A stretch of DNA of 64,000 nt from an uncultured Actinomycetes bacterium (GCA_963709345.1 CAVPVX010000004.1:64001-128000); one strand, 5' to 3'. Positions 9,735-19,633 are shown, counted from the first letter of the stretch. The notes: generated from the letters alone by a model not told the origin. Translations and numbers: made by a program.

Positions 9735-10805
9735 TCAGTCGAGCAACCGGCTGAAGTTGCCGGTGCCCCAGGGTGAGGCGCCCACGGCCGCGGCGACCGC
9801 CGACGCGTCGTTGCCGCGGCGCAGGGCGGCGATGATGCCGTCGTAGAAGCCGTTCTTCATCGTGATCACGGTCGCCTCCAGCCCCTGCTTCCAGCTCGTG
9901 TACGCCTTGACTCCGACCGAGTTGAAGATGCTCGCTCCAGGCATCGACTGCGTCGTGTTCAGCGGGTTGTAGTAGGCGGTGTTGTACCAGTGGCCGCCCT
10001 CGGCCATCTCCCAGGCGGTGACGGCGGCGAGGTTGTCGGCGGTCACCGGCAGTCGCATCGCCACGAGCAGCGCCTTCGCCCAGGTGAGCTGGTTGAACTC
10101 ACCGTTCTTGGCCATCGCCAGCGCCGCGCCGAGGCCGCCGCTGGCGAGGATCTTCTTGATGCGCTTGGTCACGTCCTGGAGGATCGCCTGGCGCTCGACG
10201 AGCTTCTGGTCGAGCTCGATCTTCTGGTTCTGGACCTCCTGCTGGGCGACCACCGCCTCTTCGCGCTCGTCCTCCACCCGGCGCGCGAGGCGGCGCGCCT
10301 CGCGCGCCAGGCGCTGGGCCTCGTTCTCGGTGCGGCGGTCCTCCTCCGCTATGGCGCGCAGCAGCGCCTGCAGCGTGTCGATGTCGGCGAGGGAATCCAT
10401 GCTCGAAAGCAGGTCGAGCCAGTTCAGCTCACCGGTCTTGTACATGGTGGCGGCGCGCCGTGCGAGGATCAGACGCTGCTGCTCGAGGTCCGCTTCGGCG
10501 CGGGCGAGATCACGACGCGAGCGCTGCAGCCGGACGTTGACGGCATCCAGTTCCTGCTGCGCCTCTATGAGGCGCCGGCCGACCTGCTGGAGGTCCTGCT
10601 GCAGGCCGGACATCTCGGCGCGTACGCGCTTTGCCTCGCGCTGCAGCTGGGGAAGCGACGGGGCGGCCGCCGCCTGCGGGGCGGCCACGGCGGCCAGCAG
10701 CGCCAGCGTGAGCGCCAGGATGGCCGCGGCGACCGCGGCCGCGCGGCGGGGTGTAGGTCTCACCGGCAGATGGCGTGTGGGGGTGATGGGGCTGTCTCCG
10801 GCCAT
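9735..10805 (-). CDS. Secreted PcsB-like coiled-coil protein with putative lysozyme-like C-terminal domain
   Basis: Signal peptide; long coiled coil with RAATMYKTG..LDLLSS; C-terminal AWEMAEGG..YNPLNTT..GVKAYTSW. Confidence 0.7.
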   Translation of the reverse strand: MAGDSPITPTRHLPVRPTPRRAAAVAAAILALTLALLAAVAAPQAAAAPSLPQLQREAKRVRAEMSGLQQDLQQVGRRLIEAQQELDAVNVRLQRSRRDLARAEADLEQQRLILARRAATMYKTGELNWLDLLSSMDSLADIDTLQALLRAIAEEDRRTENEAQRLAREARRLARRVEDEREEAVVAQQEVQNQKIELDQKLVERQAILQDVTKRIKKILASGGLGAALAMAKNGEFNQLTWAKALLVAMRLPVTADNLAAVTAWEMAEGGHWYNTAYYNPLNTTQSMPGASIFNSVGVKAYTSWKQGLEATVITMKNGFYDGIIAALRRGNDASAVAAAVGASPWGTGNFSRLLD

Positions 10806-10834
10806 GTCGCTTCTCGCGTGTCTTCTGCTACGGG

Positions 10835-10861
10835 GTATCGGCGCGGACCGGCGCTTCTTGA
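10835..10861 (-). promoter_or_regulatory. Putative sigma28 (FliA/WhiG-type) promoter
   Basis: TCAA-N15-GCCGATAC on the minus strand, about 30 nt upstream of ATG 10805. Confidence 0.6.
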
Positions 10862-10989
10862 CGACTCGACGAGCCGGCGCGGCGCCCCGGCGTGTGGCAT
10901 GCAGCTTCGCGCTGCGGGCACGAAACCCTGTCGCGAGGGTAGCGATGGGCTGCCCGCGGCGCCACCGCGCCGCGCGGTGGCGCCGCGGC

Positions 10990-12408
10990 TCAGAGCGAGG
11001 CCGCCTCCTGCAACGCCGCCCAGAGCCCGGCGATGTGCTCGCGCTCCGTGGCCTCGGCGCCGACTGAGACACGGAGGAGCTGCATGCCCTTGACGATCGA
11101 CGGTGTGAGGTAGTAGCCGCCGTCGTCGCTGATCCGCGTGGCGATCGCGCGGTTGTGAGCCGCGAGCGCCGGCTCGTTGCCGGCCAGCGTCGCCGGCTCG
11201 TGTCGCAGGCAGACCGTCTGGAGCGGCGCCGGCGCGAGCCGCTCCCACTCCGAAGCGGCGTCGACCCGGTCCACGAGCCAGCGCGTGTTGTCGAGGTCGC
11301 GGCGGATGCGCTCGCGAATGCCCTCGACGCCCTGCTCGCGGATCAGGAACCAGAGCTTCAAGGCCCGGAACCGGCGTCCCAGGGGGATCCCCCAGTCGCG
11401 GAGGTTGCGTACGCGGCCGTCCTGGGCCGTGCGCAGGTAGCTCGGGTCGGTGCTCATCACGCGCACCAGGTGCTCCGGGTCGCGCACGAAGTAGGCGGAG
11501 AGGTCGAAGCCGGTGCCCAGCCACTTGTGGGGATTGAAGACCACGGAGTCGGCCTGCCCGACACCTTCCCACATCCACCGGCACTCTTCGCAGACCATGG
11601 CGGTACCGGCGAGGGCGGCGTCGACGTGCAGCCACAGCCCGTGTCGCGCGCAGAGTGAGGCGATACCGGCCACCGGATCCAGCGCCGTGGTGGCCGTCGT
11701 GCCCACGGCCGCGACCACAGCGCACGGCCGGCGACCGGCGACGAGGTCGTCGCGGACGGCGGCCTCCAGCAGGTCGAGCCGGAGGGCGTGCTCGTCGTCT
11801 GTCTCGATGAGGCGTAGGTGGTCGGCGCCGAAGCCGGCCAGGAGCGCCGCCTTGGGTACCGAGCTGTGCGCCTGGTCGCTCGCGTAGACGACGAGCGGGG
11901 CGTCTTCGGCTTGCAGGCCGCCGCGGTTCTGGCAGAAGCCGGTCGCGCGCTCGCGGGCGCAGAGCAGGGCGCAGAAGGTCGCCGTGCTCGCGCTGTCGTG
12001 GATCACGCCGGTGAAGGTCGCGGGCAGCCCGACCATCTCACGGAGCCACTCCATCACGACGTCCTCCACCTCGGTGCAGGCGGGGCTCGTCTGCCAGCTC
12101 ATGCCTTGGGAGCCGAGCCCGGAGGAGACGAGGTCGGCCAGCACCGACGAAAGGTCGGTGTTGCTGGGGAAGTAGGCGAACCAGCCGGGGTGGTTCCAGT
12201 GCGTGATGCCGGGCATGACGACGCGCTCGAGGTCGGCGACGATGTCGCCGAGACCCTCGCCGTGCAGCGGCGGCTCGGCGGGCAGCTGCGCCGCCACCTC
12301 GCCCGGCTGCACCCGGCTCATGACCGGGTATTCGCCGATGTGCTCGCGGTAGTCGGCGACCCAGTCGATGAGCTCGTGGCCGACCCTGCGGAACTCGTCG
12401 GGGTCCAT
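10990..12408 (-). CDS. Aromatic-L-amino-acid decarboxylase (group II PLP decarboxylase)
   Basis: PGITHWNHPGWFAYFP, SPACTEVE, AHSSVPKAA, HVDAALAG, FNPHKW, IPLGRRFRALKLW. Confidence 0.93.
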   Translation of the reverse strand: MDPDEFRRVGHELIDWVADYREHIGEYPVMSRVQPGEVAAQLPAEPPLHGEGLGDIVADLERVVMPGITHWNHPGWFAYFPSNTDLSSVLADLVSSGLGSQGMSWQTSPACTEVEDVVMEWLREMVGLPATFTGVIHDSASTATFCALLCARERATGFCQNRGGLQAEDAPLVVYASDQAHSSVPKAALLAGFGADHLRLIETDDEHALRLDLLEAAVRDDLVAGRRPCAVVAAVGTTATTALDPVAGIASLCARHGLWLHVDAALAGTAMVCEECRWMWEGVGQADSVVFNPHKWLGTGFDLSAYFVRDPEHLVRVMSTDPSYLRTAQDGRVRNLRDWGIPLGRRFRALKLWFLIREQGVEGIRERIRRDLDNTRWLVDRVDAASEWERLAPAPLQTVCLRHEPATLAGNEPALAAHNRAIATRISDDGGYYLTPSIVKGMQLLRVSVGAEATEREHIAGLWAALQEAASL

Positions 12409-12581
12409 GAGCGCTCCCTGCGTGTCGGTGATTGCGTGCCGGTGGCACGGTCGGACGGTATGGCCGCCGTGGCTGGCAGACGTGCCACGTCACCTCCACG
12501 GTTGCTCCCGATTGTACAGAACGATGTCGATCCGATGGGGCGGACGACAGGCTTTTGGCTCAGCTGGGCGAAAACGTGCGC

Positions 12582-12959
12582 ATGACGCCGTGCATACTCG
12601 TGATAGAGGACGACCCGGACTTGCGGAGCCTGATCCGACACACGCTTGCGGGCGACGATCGCGACGTGCAACTGGCCGCCGACGGCCAGGATGGGCTCGA
12701 GCTGTATCGGGAGCTCCGCCCCGACCTCGTCCTCCTGGACGTGATGATGCCACGTCTGAGCGGGTTCGAGGTGCTCCAGGAGCTGCGCGCGGGTGGCGAA
12801 CTGCGTCCCGAGTGCCCGATCCTCATCCTGACTGCGAGAACGGCGGAGAAGGACGTGGTCGCCGCCTTCGACCTCGGCGCCTCCGACTATCTGGCCAAGC
12901 CGTTCATGATTGCCGAGCTGCGGGCTCGGGTACGCGCGCTGCTGCGGCGCCCGCGGTGA
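12582..12959 (+). CDS. Single-domain response regulator (REC)
   Basis: ILVIEDD, LLDVMMP, ILTAR, DYLAKPF; no output domain. Confidence 0.9.
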   Translation: MTPCILVIEDDPDLRSLIRHTLAGDDRDVQLAADGQDGLELYRELRPDLVLLDVMMPRLSGFEVLQELRAGGELRPECPILILTARTAEKDVVAAFDLGASDYLAKPFMIAELRARVRALLRRPR

Positions 12960-14373
12960 CCGCCGGCCGCTCTGCCGCGGCCTCGAATCCTTTGCGCGTC
13001 ATCTCGCCCCAGCCGCGCTTCCTGCGCAGGAAGTCCACGGTGGCCTCTGCGCGCCAGACGGCCTGCAACTGCCTGTAGCCGAAGTTCTCGACGATCGTGA
13101 AGAGGAGCAGGCGCGGCAGTCCCCGGCGCGACCTGTGGCGCGCGTTGCGCGTCTCGTCGAGCAGGACGGAGGCGATCGAAAGCATCACCCCGTACCCCAC
13201 GGCCAGCAGGAAGAACAGGCCGATGTACGCCCAGCTTGCCTGTCCGAATGCGATCGAGAGGAGCAGGGCGCCCCAGCCTGCGACTTCGAGCAGAGGCCCC
13301 ACGGCCTCGAACACGAGGTTGTAGGTGATCCCGAGTGTGCCGACGGATCCATACCTCGGGTTGGCGATCATGCGGCGGTTCAGGGTGAGGCACTCCAGCA
13401 GGCCACGATGCCAGCGGTTGCGCTGGCGGTGCAGGCCGCGGAGCGTCTCGGGCGCCTCGGTCCAGACCACCGGGTCGGGGATGAACACGATACGGTACCG
13501 CTCGTGCCGGTCGCGACAGAGGCGATGCAGGCGCAGGACGAGGTCCATGTCCTCGCCGACCGTGTCCGTCCGGTAGCCGCCCGCGTCGATGACGCTCTGC
13601 TTCTTGAACACGCCGAAGGCGCCGGAGATCACGAACAGCGCACGGATCCGGCTCCACGCCGTGCGGCTGCTCACGAAGGCGCGCAGGTACTCGACGACCT
13701 GGAGGAGGGCGATCCGGCTGCGTGGGTTGCCGATGTGGACGACGCGGCCGTCCTGTACCTGGCAGCCGTTGGCGATACGCACGATACCGCTCGAGGCGAC
13801 GGTCTCCTGGGGGCGCTCCATGAAGGGCTTGACGACGCGCAGCAAGGCGTCCGGCTCAAGGATGGCGTCGGCGTCGATCGCGCAGAACAGGGGGTAGCGG
13901 CTCACGTCGATGCCGGCATTGAGCGCGTCGGCTTTGCCGCCGTTGCGCTTGGCGACGACGGTCAGATTGGCGACCTTGCGCGACGCGTACACCGCGAGGA
14001 TCTCCGCGCACGGGAGGGTGAGCCGCACCGGGCGGTCGATGCGCTCGAGGGAGAACGCCTGCGTGAGCCGCTCCAGCGTCGCGTCCGTCGATCCGTCGTC
14101 CACGACGACGATCTCGAACTCGCCGTATTCGAGCAGACGAAGAGCGTTGACCGCCTCGGCGATGGTGCTCTCCTCGTTGTACGCCGGCATCAGCACGGAG
14201 ACGGGGAGCGTCAGCGGCGACCGGAGCACGACGTCGAAGCCGCCCAGGTCCAGCCTCCGGTGGTGGCGGCCGGACTCGTGGTAGGAGATCGCGAGGAGCG
14301 CCGTGTAGACGGCGTTGATCGCCAGGAAGTAGGCAAGCACGATGGAGTTGAAGATGTTGAGCGCGAGGTCCAT
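12904..14373 (-). CDS. Processive GT2 glycosyltransferase (PgaC/IcaA-like)
   Basis: PAYNEE, DDGSTD, GGKADALNAG, IDAD, VGEDM, QRNRW; TM helices at both ends. Confidence 0.92.
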   Translation of the reverse strand: MDLALNIFNSIVLAYFLAINAVYTALLAISYHESGRHHRRLDLGGFDVVLRSPLTLPVSVLMPAYNEESTIAEAVNALRLLEYGEFEIVVVDDGSTDATLERLTQAFSLERIDRPVRLTLPCAEILAVYASRKVANLTVVAKRNGGKADALNAGIDVSRYPLFCAIDADAILEPDALLRVVKPFMERPQETVASSGIVRIANGCQVQDGRVVHIGNPRSRIALLQVVEYLRAFVSSRTAWSRIRALFVISGAFGVFKKQSVIDAGGYRTDTVGEDMDLVLRLHRLCRDRHERYRIVFIPDPVVWTEAPETLRGLHRQRNRWHRGLLECLTLNRRMIANPRYGSVGTLGITYNLVFEAVGPLLEVAGWGALLLSIAFGQASWAYIGLFFLLAVGYGVMLSIASVLLDETRNARHRSRRGLPRLLLFTIVENFGYRQLQAVWRAEATVDFLRRKRGWGEMTRKGFEAAAERPAVTAGAAAARVPEPAARQS

Positions 14374-15474
14374 TCAGTCGCTCGCGGGGAGAGGTCGTTC
14401 AAACGAGGGTGCGGCCGGCGCCGGCGAGGCGCCGGGAGCCATCGCGAATGCCTCGACGGCGGCGCGGGCCGCGTCGCATACGTAGCGGTCGGCGTTCTTC
14501 TGGAGCGCGGCCAGCTCGCGAGCGCCGGCGGGGCCGAGTCTCGCGAGCGCCTCCGCACAGTTGATCCTTACCCACCAGTGGCGGTCGGGCATGGCCTCAG
14601 CGAGGTGCGGGGCGGCCACGGCGGCTCCGAGGGAGCCCAGTGCCTTGGCCGCCTGGGAGCGCACAGGCCACTTCTCGTCCTTGAGCGCCGCGACGAGAGC
14701 GGCTTCGGCGCAGGGGCCGCCCAGCTGCCCCAGCGAGGCCGCGGCACGCGCCCGCAGATTGAGACTCTCGTCGCTGCGCAGTACATCGCAAAGCACCGCG
14801 GTCGCGGTGGGGTCGCGGATCTCCCCGAGGATCTGCACTGCGGCGACGCGCACGTTGTGGTCGTCTCCGCGCACGAAGTCGAGGAGCGGCGGCACGGCCG
14901 CCGCTCCCATCAGCATGAGATTCTCCGCGACCAGAGACAGGGTCCAGCGCGAGGGGTCGCACAGGGCCCTGGCGAGCGCCGGGACCGCGCGCTCGTCGCC
15001 GATCTCGGCCAGACTGCGTGCCGCGACCGTACGGACCTCCTCGCTGCGGTCGTCCAGAGCTTCGACCAGCGCCGGGACCGCACTCGTCACACGCAGCCGG
15101 CCGATCGTCTCTGCCGCGAGCGCACGGTCCCACTCGTTGCGCGCGTGCAGACCTGACACGATCTCGTCCAGAATCCCCTGCGTATCCAGACACGCCAGGA
15201 TGCGTTCTGCCTCGGCGCCGCGGATCAGTGCTGAATAGCGGAGCGCGAGCTCGAGCAGTGCGTGACGGTCGGCTGCCGACAGCGACGGAAGAGGTGCTCC
15301 GTCGAGGAAGCACGCCTCCGCGGGACCGCGCAGGAGTTCCATCCGCTCCGCTCGCCGAGCGGAATCACGCATATCGGTGTGGCGGCGAACCAGGGACAGG
15401 ACGATCAGCCCGGCGCTCACGAGGTAGAGCGCCAGGACGAGATAAGCTAGAAGGAACAGATCCAGTCTGATCAT
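14374..15474 (-). CDS. Membrane-anchored HEAT-repeat protein
   Basis: N-terminal TM from MIRLDL; HEAT_2 repeats such as AVPALVEALDDRSEEVRTVAARSLAEIGD. Confidence 0.88.
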   Translation of the reverse strand: MIRLDLFLLAYLVLALYLVSAGLIVLSLVRRHTDMRDSARRAERMELLRGPAEACFLDGAPLPSLSAADRHALLELALRYSALIRGAEAERILACLDTQGILDEIVSGLHARNEWDRALAAETIGRLRVTSAVPALVEALDDRSEEVRTVAARSLAEIGDERAVPALARALCDPSRWTLSLVAENLMLMGAAAVPPLLDFVRGDDHNVRVAAVQILGEIRDPTATAVLCDVLRSDESLNLRARAAASLGQLGGPCAEAALVAALKDEKWPVRSQAAKALGSLGAAVAAPHLAEAMPDRHWWVRINCAEALARLGPAGARELAALQKNADRYVCDAARAAVEAFAMAPGASPAPAAPSFERPLPASD

Positions 15475-15515
15475 GGTTGCTGCCGGCCGCCGGTTGTCGC
15501 ACTCTCTCGCAAGCT

Positions 15516-15542
15516 GTATCGGCAGTCCGGTCGTGACCCTGA
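15516..15542 (-). promoter_or_regulatory. Putative sigma28 (FliA/WhiG-type) promoter
   Basis: TCAG-N15-GCCGATAC on the minus strand upstream of the HEAT/GT2 genes. Confidence 0.6.
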
Positions 15543-15611
15543 GGGACTGGTCGTCGACGGCAGGTCGCGCTCCGGGAGAAGACGGCGCGCGAGAGTACCG
15601 AGGAGGCACCC

Positions 15612-16736
15612 GTGCACATCGAACCATTCGCCGTAGAACAGTGGATGAACTCCCACGAGACGACGGCGACCTGGAACATGGGCGAGACCTGTGTTCATTC
15701 TCTGAGCCTCGGCGAGCTGCTCGAGCTCACCGGCGACGCCGACGAAGTCCTGCGTCGCCTGCGCGACACCCGGCTCACCTACGGGCACATCATCGGCTCG
15801 CAGGAGCTCCGCGCCCAGATCGCGAGCCTGTACGGCGAAGCGATCGCGCCCGAGAACGTGCTCGTGACCAACGGCGCCATCGGCGCCAACTTCCTGGCGC
15901 TCTTCTCGCTCGCCGGGCCCGGCGCCGGAGTGGTCTGCGTCAAGCCCACCTACCAGCAGCTGTACTCGGTCCCGGAGGCGCTGGGCGCGGACCTCAGGCT
16001 GCTCCCGCTGCGCGAGCAGAACGGCCACCTTCCCGACGTGGACGAGCTCCGCTCCCTCGTCGACGCCCGCACGCGGCTCATCGTCGTCAACAACCCGAAC
16101 AACCCGACCGGCGCGCTGATGGACGAGGCGCTGCTGCGGGACATCGTCGAGGTCGCCGGCGAGCGCGACGCCTGGCTGCTCTGCGACGAGGTGTACCGGA
16201 TGCTCGAGCACGAGCCCGGCACGCGCTCGCCTTCGGTCGCCGATCTCTACGAGAAGGGCGTGAGCACGGGCAGCATGAGCAAGAGCTACTCGCTGGCGGG
16301 GCTGCGCACGGGCTGGGTCGCCGGCCCGGCGCAGGCGATCGCCCGCTGTCTCGACGTGCGCGACTACACGACCATCTCATGCGGCGTGCTCGACGACATC
16401 CTCGCCACGGTGGCGCTCGAGCGCCGCGACGCCGTTCTCACGCGCAATCTCGAGATCGTGCGCGGCAATCTTGAGCTCGTCGACGCGTGGGTCGAGGCCG
16501 AGCCGCGGCTTCGCCACGTGCGGCCGCGGGCCGGCACCACCACCCTGATCCGCTACGACTACGAGGTTCCGTCGGTCGAGTTCTGCCAGGGCATGTTCGA
16601 CCTGAACGGCGCTTTCGTCGTGCCGGGGGCCGCCTTCGGCGAGGAGCACTCCTTCCGGCTCGGGTACGCTTGCGCCCGCGACGTCCTCACTGGCGGGCTG
16701 GTCGCGATCTCCGAGTACCTGCGCACGCTTGAGTGA
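15612..16736 (+). CDS. PLP-dependent aminotransferase class I/II
   Basis: GGAGG RBS; NNPNNPTG, CDEVY, SMSKSYSLAGLRTGW. Confidence 0.9.
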   Translation: MHIEPFAVEQWMNSHETTATWNMGETCVHSLSLGELLELTGDADEVLRRLRDTRLTYGHIIGSQELRAQIASLYGEAIAPENVLVTNGAIGANFLALFSLAGPGAGVVCVKPTYQQLYSVPEALGADLRLLPLREQNGHLPDVDELRSLVDARTRLIVVNNPNNPTGALMDEALLRDIVEVAGERDAWLLCDEVYRMLEHEPGTRSPSVADLYEKGVSTGSMSKSYSLAGLRTGWVAGPAQAIARCLDVRDYTTISCGVLDDILATVALERRDAVLTRNLEIVRGNLELVDAWVEAEPRLRHVRPRAGTTTLIRYDYEVPSVEFCQGMFDLNGAFVVPGAAFGEEHSFRLGYACARDVLTGGLVAISEYLRTLE

Positions 16737-16817
16737 GGCGGCTCGCATGCCGGCTGCGGCTTCGCCGGATGGCCGGCCGCACGGCCGCCGTGCACCCGGG
16801 TCTAGAATGAGGGGGAC

Positions 16818-17211
16818 ATGACCGACCCGGATCCTCAGAGCGACCGCGACGGACGGACCACTGCCGACCTTGTGGACTCCGCGCCGCGGCGCACCTGGCT
16901 GGCGGCCGAGCGAACGTACCTGGCCTGGCTTCGTACCGGCCTGGGCGCGCTCGGCATCTCGCTGGCGGTCGGGCGCCTGCTGCCGGCGCTGATCGACGCC
17001 GAGCACGTCGCCTTCGGCCTGCTCGGCATCGGCTACGGCGCGCTCGGGCGTCCTCCTGCTCGTGATCTCCGCGTACCGGACCCAGCGGGTGCGGGCGGCG
17101 CTCACCGCGCAGCGACCGCTGCCCACCGACGCCTGGACGATCTGGGTGTTCACCGCCGTGGGCCTCGCGCTGGCCGTCGGGACGATCGCGCTGGTCATCG
17201 TCGCGATCTGA
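16818..17211 (+). CDS. DUF202/YidH family membrane protein (frameshifted near 17048)
   Basis: RTWLAAERTYLAWLRT; removing one G from GCTCGGGCGTC restores two TM helices ending at TGA 17209-17211. Confidence 0.8.
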
Positions 17212-17257
17212 ACGCGGCGGCCGCACCAGGACCGACAGAAGACCGGAGGAGGCCCGC

Positions 17258-17610
17258 ATGAGCCGCCACGCGCCGTTGCGGGAGCTCGTCGTCCGCGCCT
17301 TTCTCGAGGACGTCGCTCTGAACACCCGCTGGCTGCTCGGTCCGGTTCGGAAGTACCTGCGCCGGCTCGTCGAACGCATCAATGTGGTGAGCTGCGGCGG
17401 CAGCTCGGCCGTGTGGTGCCAGTCCTCGCCGACGTGCCCGAGTTGATGGAGTTCGAGCACGTGTTCGAGCCGCAGGCGGTCAACCTTGGGGTATACGATG
17501 AGCGCTATGGGACCTTTCTCGAGGTCCACAGACGCATGCGCCTGCTCTGCCGGCGCATCCGCCGGGGGGCGCCGCCCGCGAGCGGCGCGGGGTCGGCCGG
17601 CCGGGCGTAG
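17258..17610 (+). pseudogene. FGGY-family carbohydrate kinase (xylulokinase-like) C-terminal remnant
   Basis: VRAFLEDVALNTRWLL...INVVSCGGSSAVWCQ, then in another frame VLADV/PELMEFEHVFEP..YDERY; N-terminal domain absent. Confidence 0.65.
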
Positions 17611-17640
17611 CCGGAGCCGGCCGCGGCCAAAGGGGGCGAC

Positions 17641-18987
17641 ATGAGCGATCGTGTCGGCGACCGGGCGGACGACCGGGCGAACGATCGGGCTGCCGAGAGA
17701 GCGGACGAACGAGCGCCGGCAGTGGCGGATCCCGGCTACCGGGTGTACGGCTACCGCTGGGTCGTGCTGGCCGTCTTCATGCTGGTGAACGTCACCATCC
17801 AGATGCTCTGGATCGGCTACGCGCCGATCACCAGTCTCGCCTCCGAGTACTACGGCGTCTCCGAGCTTGCGATCGGCGTCCTCGCGATGTCGTTCATGAT
17901 CGCCTTCATCCCGCTGTCGCTGCCGGCCGCGTGGCTCATCGACACGCGCGGCTTTCGCTTTGCCGTCGGCTTCGGCGTCGTGATGATGGCCGTGTTCGGC
18001 ATCGCCCGCGGCCTGGTCGGCGCGAACTACACCCTGGCCCTGCTTTGCACCGTCGGCATCGCCGTTGCCCAGCCCTTCCTGCTCAACGCCTGGACCAAGG
18101 TGCCGGCCAACTGGTTTGCGCCGCGCCAGCGTGCGACGGCCGTCGGCCTGGTCACGCTGGCCAGCATGCTCGGGGTCGCGCTCGGGATGGTGCTCACGCC
18201 GATCCTGGCCGAGATGATGTCGATCGCGACGCTCCAGCTCGTCTACGGCCTGCTGGCCGCAGCCACCGCCGTCGCGTTCCTGGCGCTGGCGCGGGAGCGG
18301 CCGGCGACCTCGCCGTGCCCTCCCGGCATGGAGGAGCGCGCCCTCATGCTCGACGGACTCAAGCACGCGCTCCACGTGCGACCGTTCCTGATCATGCTCG
18401 CCGTCGCCTTCATCGTCATGGGCGCCTTCAACGGTGTGACCACGTGGGTCGAGCAGATCATCGAGCCGCGTGGCTTCAGCCCCAGCGACGCCGGCGTGAT
18501 GGGGGCGCTGATGCTGCTCGCCGGGATCGTCGGGGCGGTCGTGCTCTCGGCGCTCTCCGATCGCCGAGGCAAGCGCATCCTCTTCATGGTCATCGCTCTG
18601 GTCGCGACCGTGCCCGGTATGCTCGGGGTCGCCTTCGTGTCGTCCACGGCGCTTCTCTACGCCTTCGCTGCGTTCCTCGGCTTCTTCCTCGTCGCCGTGC
18701 TTCCGCTGGGCATGCAGTACGCCGCGGAGATCACCAACCCGACGCCGGAGGGCACGTCGAACGGGCTCATCCAGCTCTGCGGTCAGGTCTCCGTCGTCTA
18801 CGTCTACGTGATGGCGGCGCTACGCGGCGACGACGGCTCGTTCACCGTGTCGCTGCTGCTCTCGACGGCGCTGCTCGCCGCCGGGGCGGTCGTGGTGTCA
18901 CGGCTCAAGGACGCGGCGCCGACAGGCGGCGAAGCCGTCCCGGATCCGACGTCCATCGCTCCGGCGACGGCCGCACCGACGCCATAG
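17641..18987 (+). CDS. MFS transporter
   Basis: About 12 TM helices; YRWVVL, WLIDTRGFR, LSDRRGKR. Confidence 0.92.
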   Translation: MSDRVGDRADDRANDRAAERADERAPAVADPGYRVYGYRWVVLAVFMLVNVTIQMLWIGYAPITSLASEYYGVSELAIGVLAMSFMIAFIPLSLPAAWLIDTRGFRFAVGFGVVMMAVFGIARGLVGANYTLALLCTVGIAVAQPFLLNAWTKVPANWFAPRQRATAVGLVTLASMLGVALGMVLTPILAEMMSIATLQLVYGLLAAATAVAFLALARERPATSPCPPGMEERALMLDGLKHALHVRPFLIMLAVAFIVMGAFNGVTTWVEQIIEPRGFSPSDAGVMGALMLLAGIVGAVVLSALSDRRGKRILFMVIALVATVPGMLGVAFVSSTALLYAFAAFLGFFLVAVLPLGMQYAAEITNPTPEGTSNGLIQLCGQVSVVYVYVMAALRGDDGSFTVSLLLSTALLAAGAVVVSRLKDAAPTGGEAVPDPTSIAPATAAPTP

Positions 18988-18988
18988 C

Positions 18989-19633
18989 TCAGGCGGCGGG
19001 CGCCCCCGCCCCGGCACGCCATGGGATCACGCGCTGTCGCGGGTCGTCGACCAGGTCCAGTTCCACCATTCGCGGGCGCACTACCACGGTGCCGGCGGCG
19101 AGATCGCCGAGACGCTGGTGGCGCGGTGTCAGCCAGATGGCGACGGCGCCGACGAGATAGAAGACCGGCAGCACGTCGACGACACGTGCGAGCGTACGCA
19201 CGAGGGCCCGACCGAGGCCGATCGGCGATCCGTCCACGCGCAAAACGCGCAGGTCGCAGAGGCGCTTGCCGAGCGTCTGTCCCCAGAGCCCTTCGCAGAC
19301 CCAGTAGTAGACGAACGCGGCGCACGCGAAGACGAGCCACAGCGGCCAGCTCTGCGGTTCTTCCCCGACCACGGCGAACTCGCCGGCCCCGGTCAGGAGC
19401 AGGTACACGACCAGCGATACCAGGATGAAGACGAGGAAGAGCAGGATCGTGTCGATCGCCTGCGCCAGCAGGCGGATGCCGACCCCTTGGCAGACGCGGA
19501 CCCTGTCGGTGCCGCGACCGCGGAAGGCGGACTCGCCGCTGCGCGGGTCGGCGCCGCACTCGGGGCAGCGCGGCGCCTCGGCGGACACTTGCCGCCCGCA
19601 TCGTCGGCACCTGCTGTCGGACGCACCGGTCAC
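18989..19633 (-). CDS. Zinc-ribbon + RDD family membrane protein
   Basis: GTG start after GGAGGAG; CRRC..CPECG; RLLAQAID, GQTLGKRL, QRLGDLAAGTVVV. Confidence 0.88.
   Translation of the reverse strand: MTGASDSRCRRCGRQVSAEAPRCPECGADPRSGESAFRGRGTDRVRVCQGVGIRLLAQAIDTILLFLVFILVSLVVYLLLTGAGEFAVVGEEPQSWPLWLVFACAAFVYYWVCEGLWGQTLGKRLCDLRVLRVDGSPIGLGRALVRTLARVVDVLPVFYLVGAVAIWLTPRHQRLGDLAAGTVVVRPRMVELDLVDDPRQRVIPWRAGAGAPAA

Noticed and set aside
10806-10990. c-di-AMP (ydaO) riboswitch before the cell-wall hydrolase
   Set aside because: Conserved riboswitch motifs not seen; a sigma28-like promoter explains the region
16818-17211. Programmed frameshift in the DUF202 gene
   Set aside because: No slippery heptamer; a single extra G is more likely an error or mutation
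17647-17712. GACCGGGCG-like repeats at the MFS gene start
   Set aside because: They encode a low-complexity (DRAx)n N-terminal tail; no sign of an independent element
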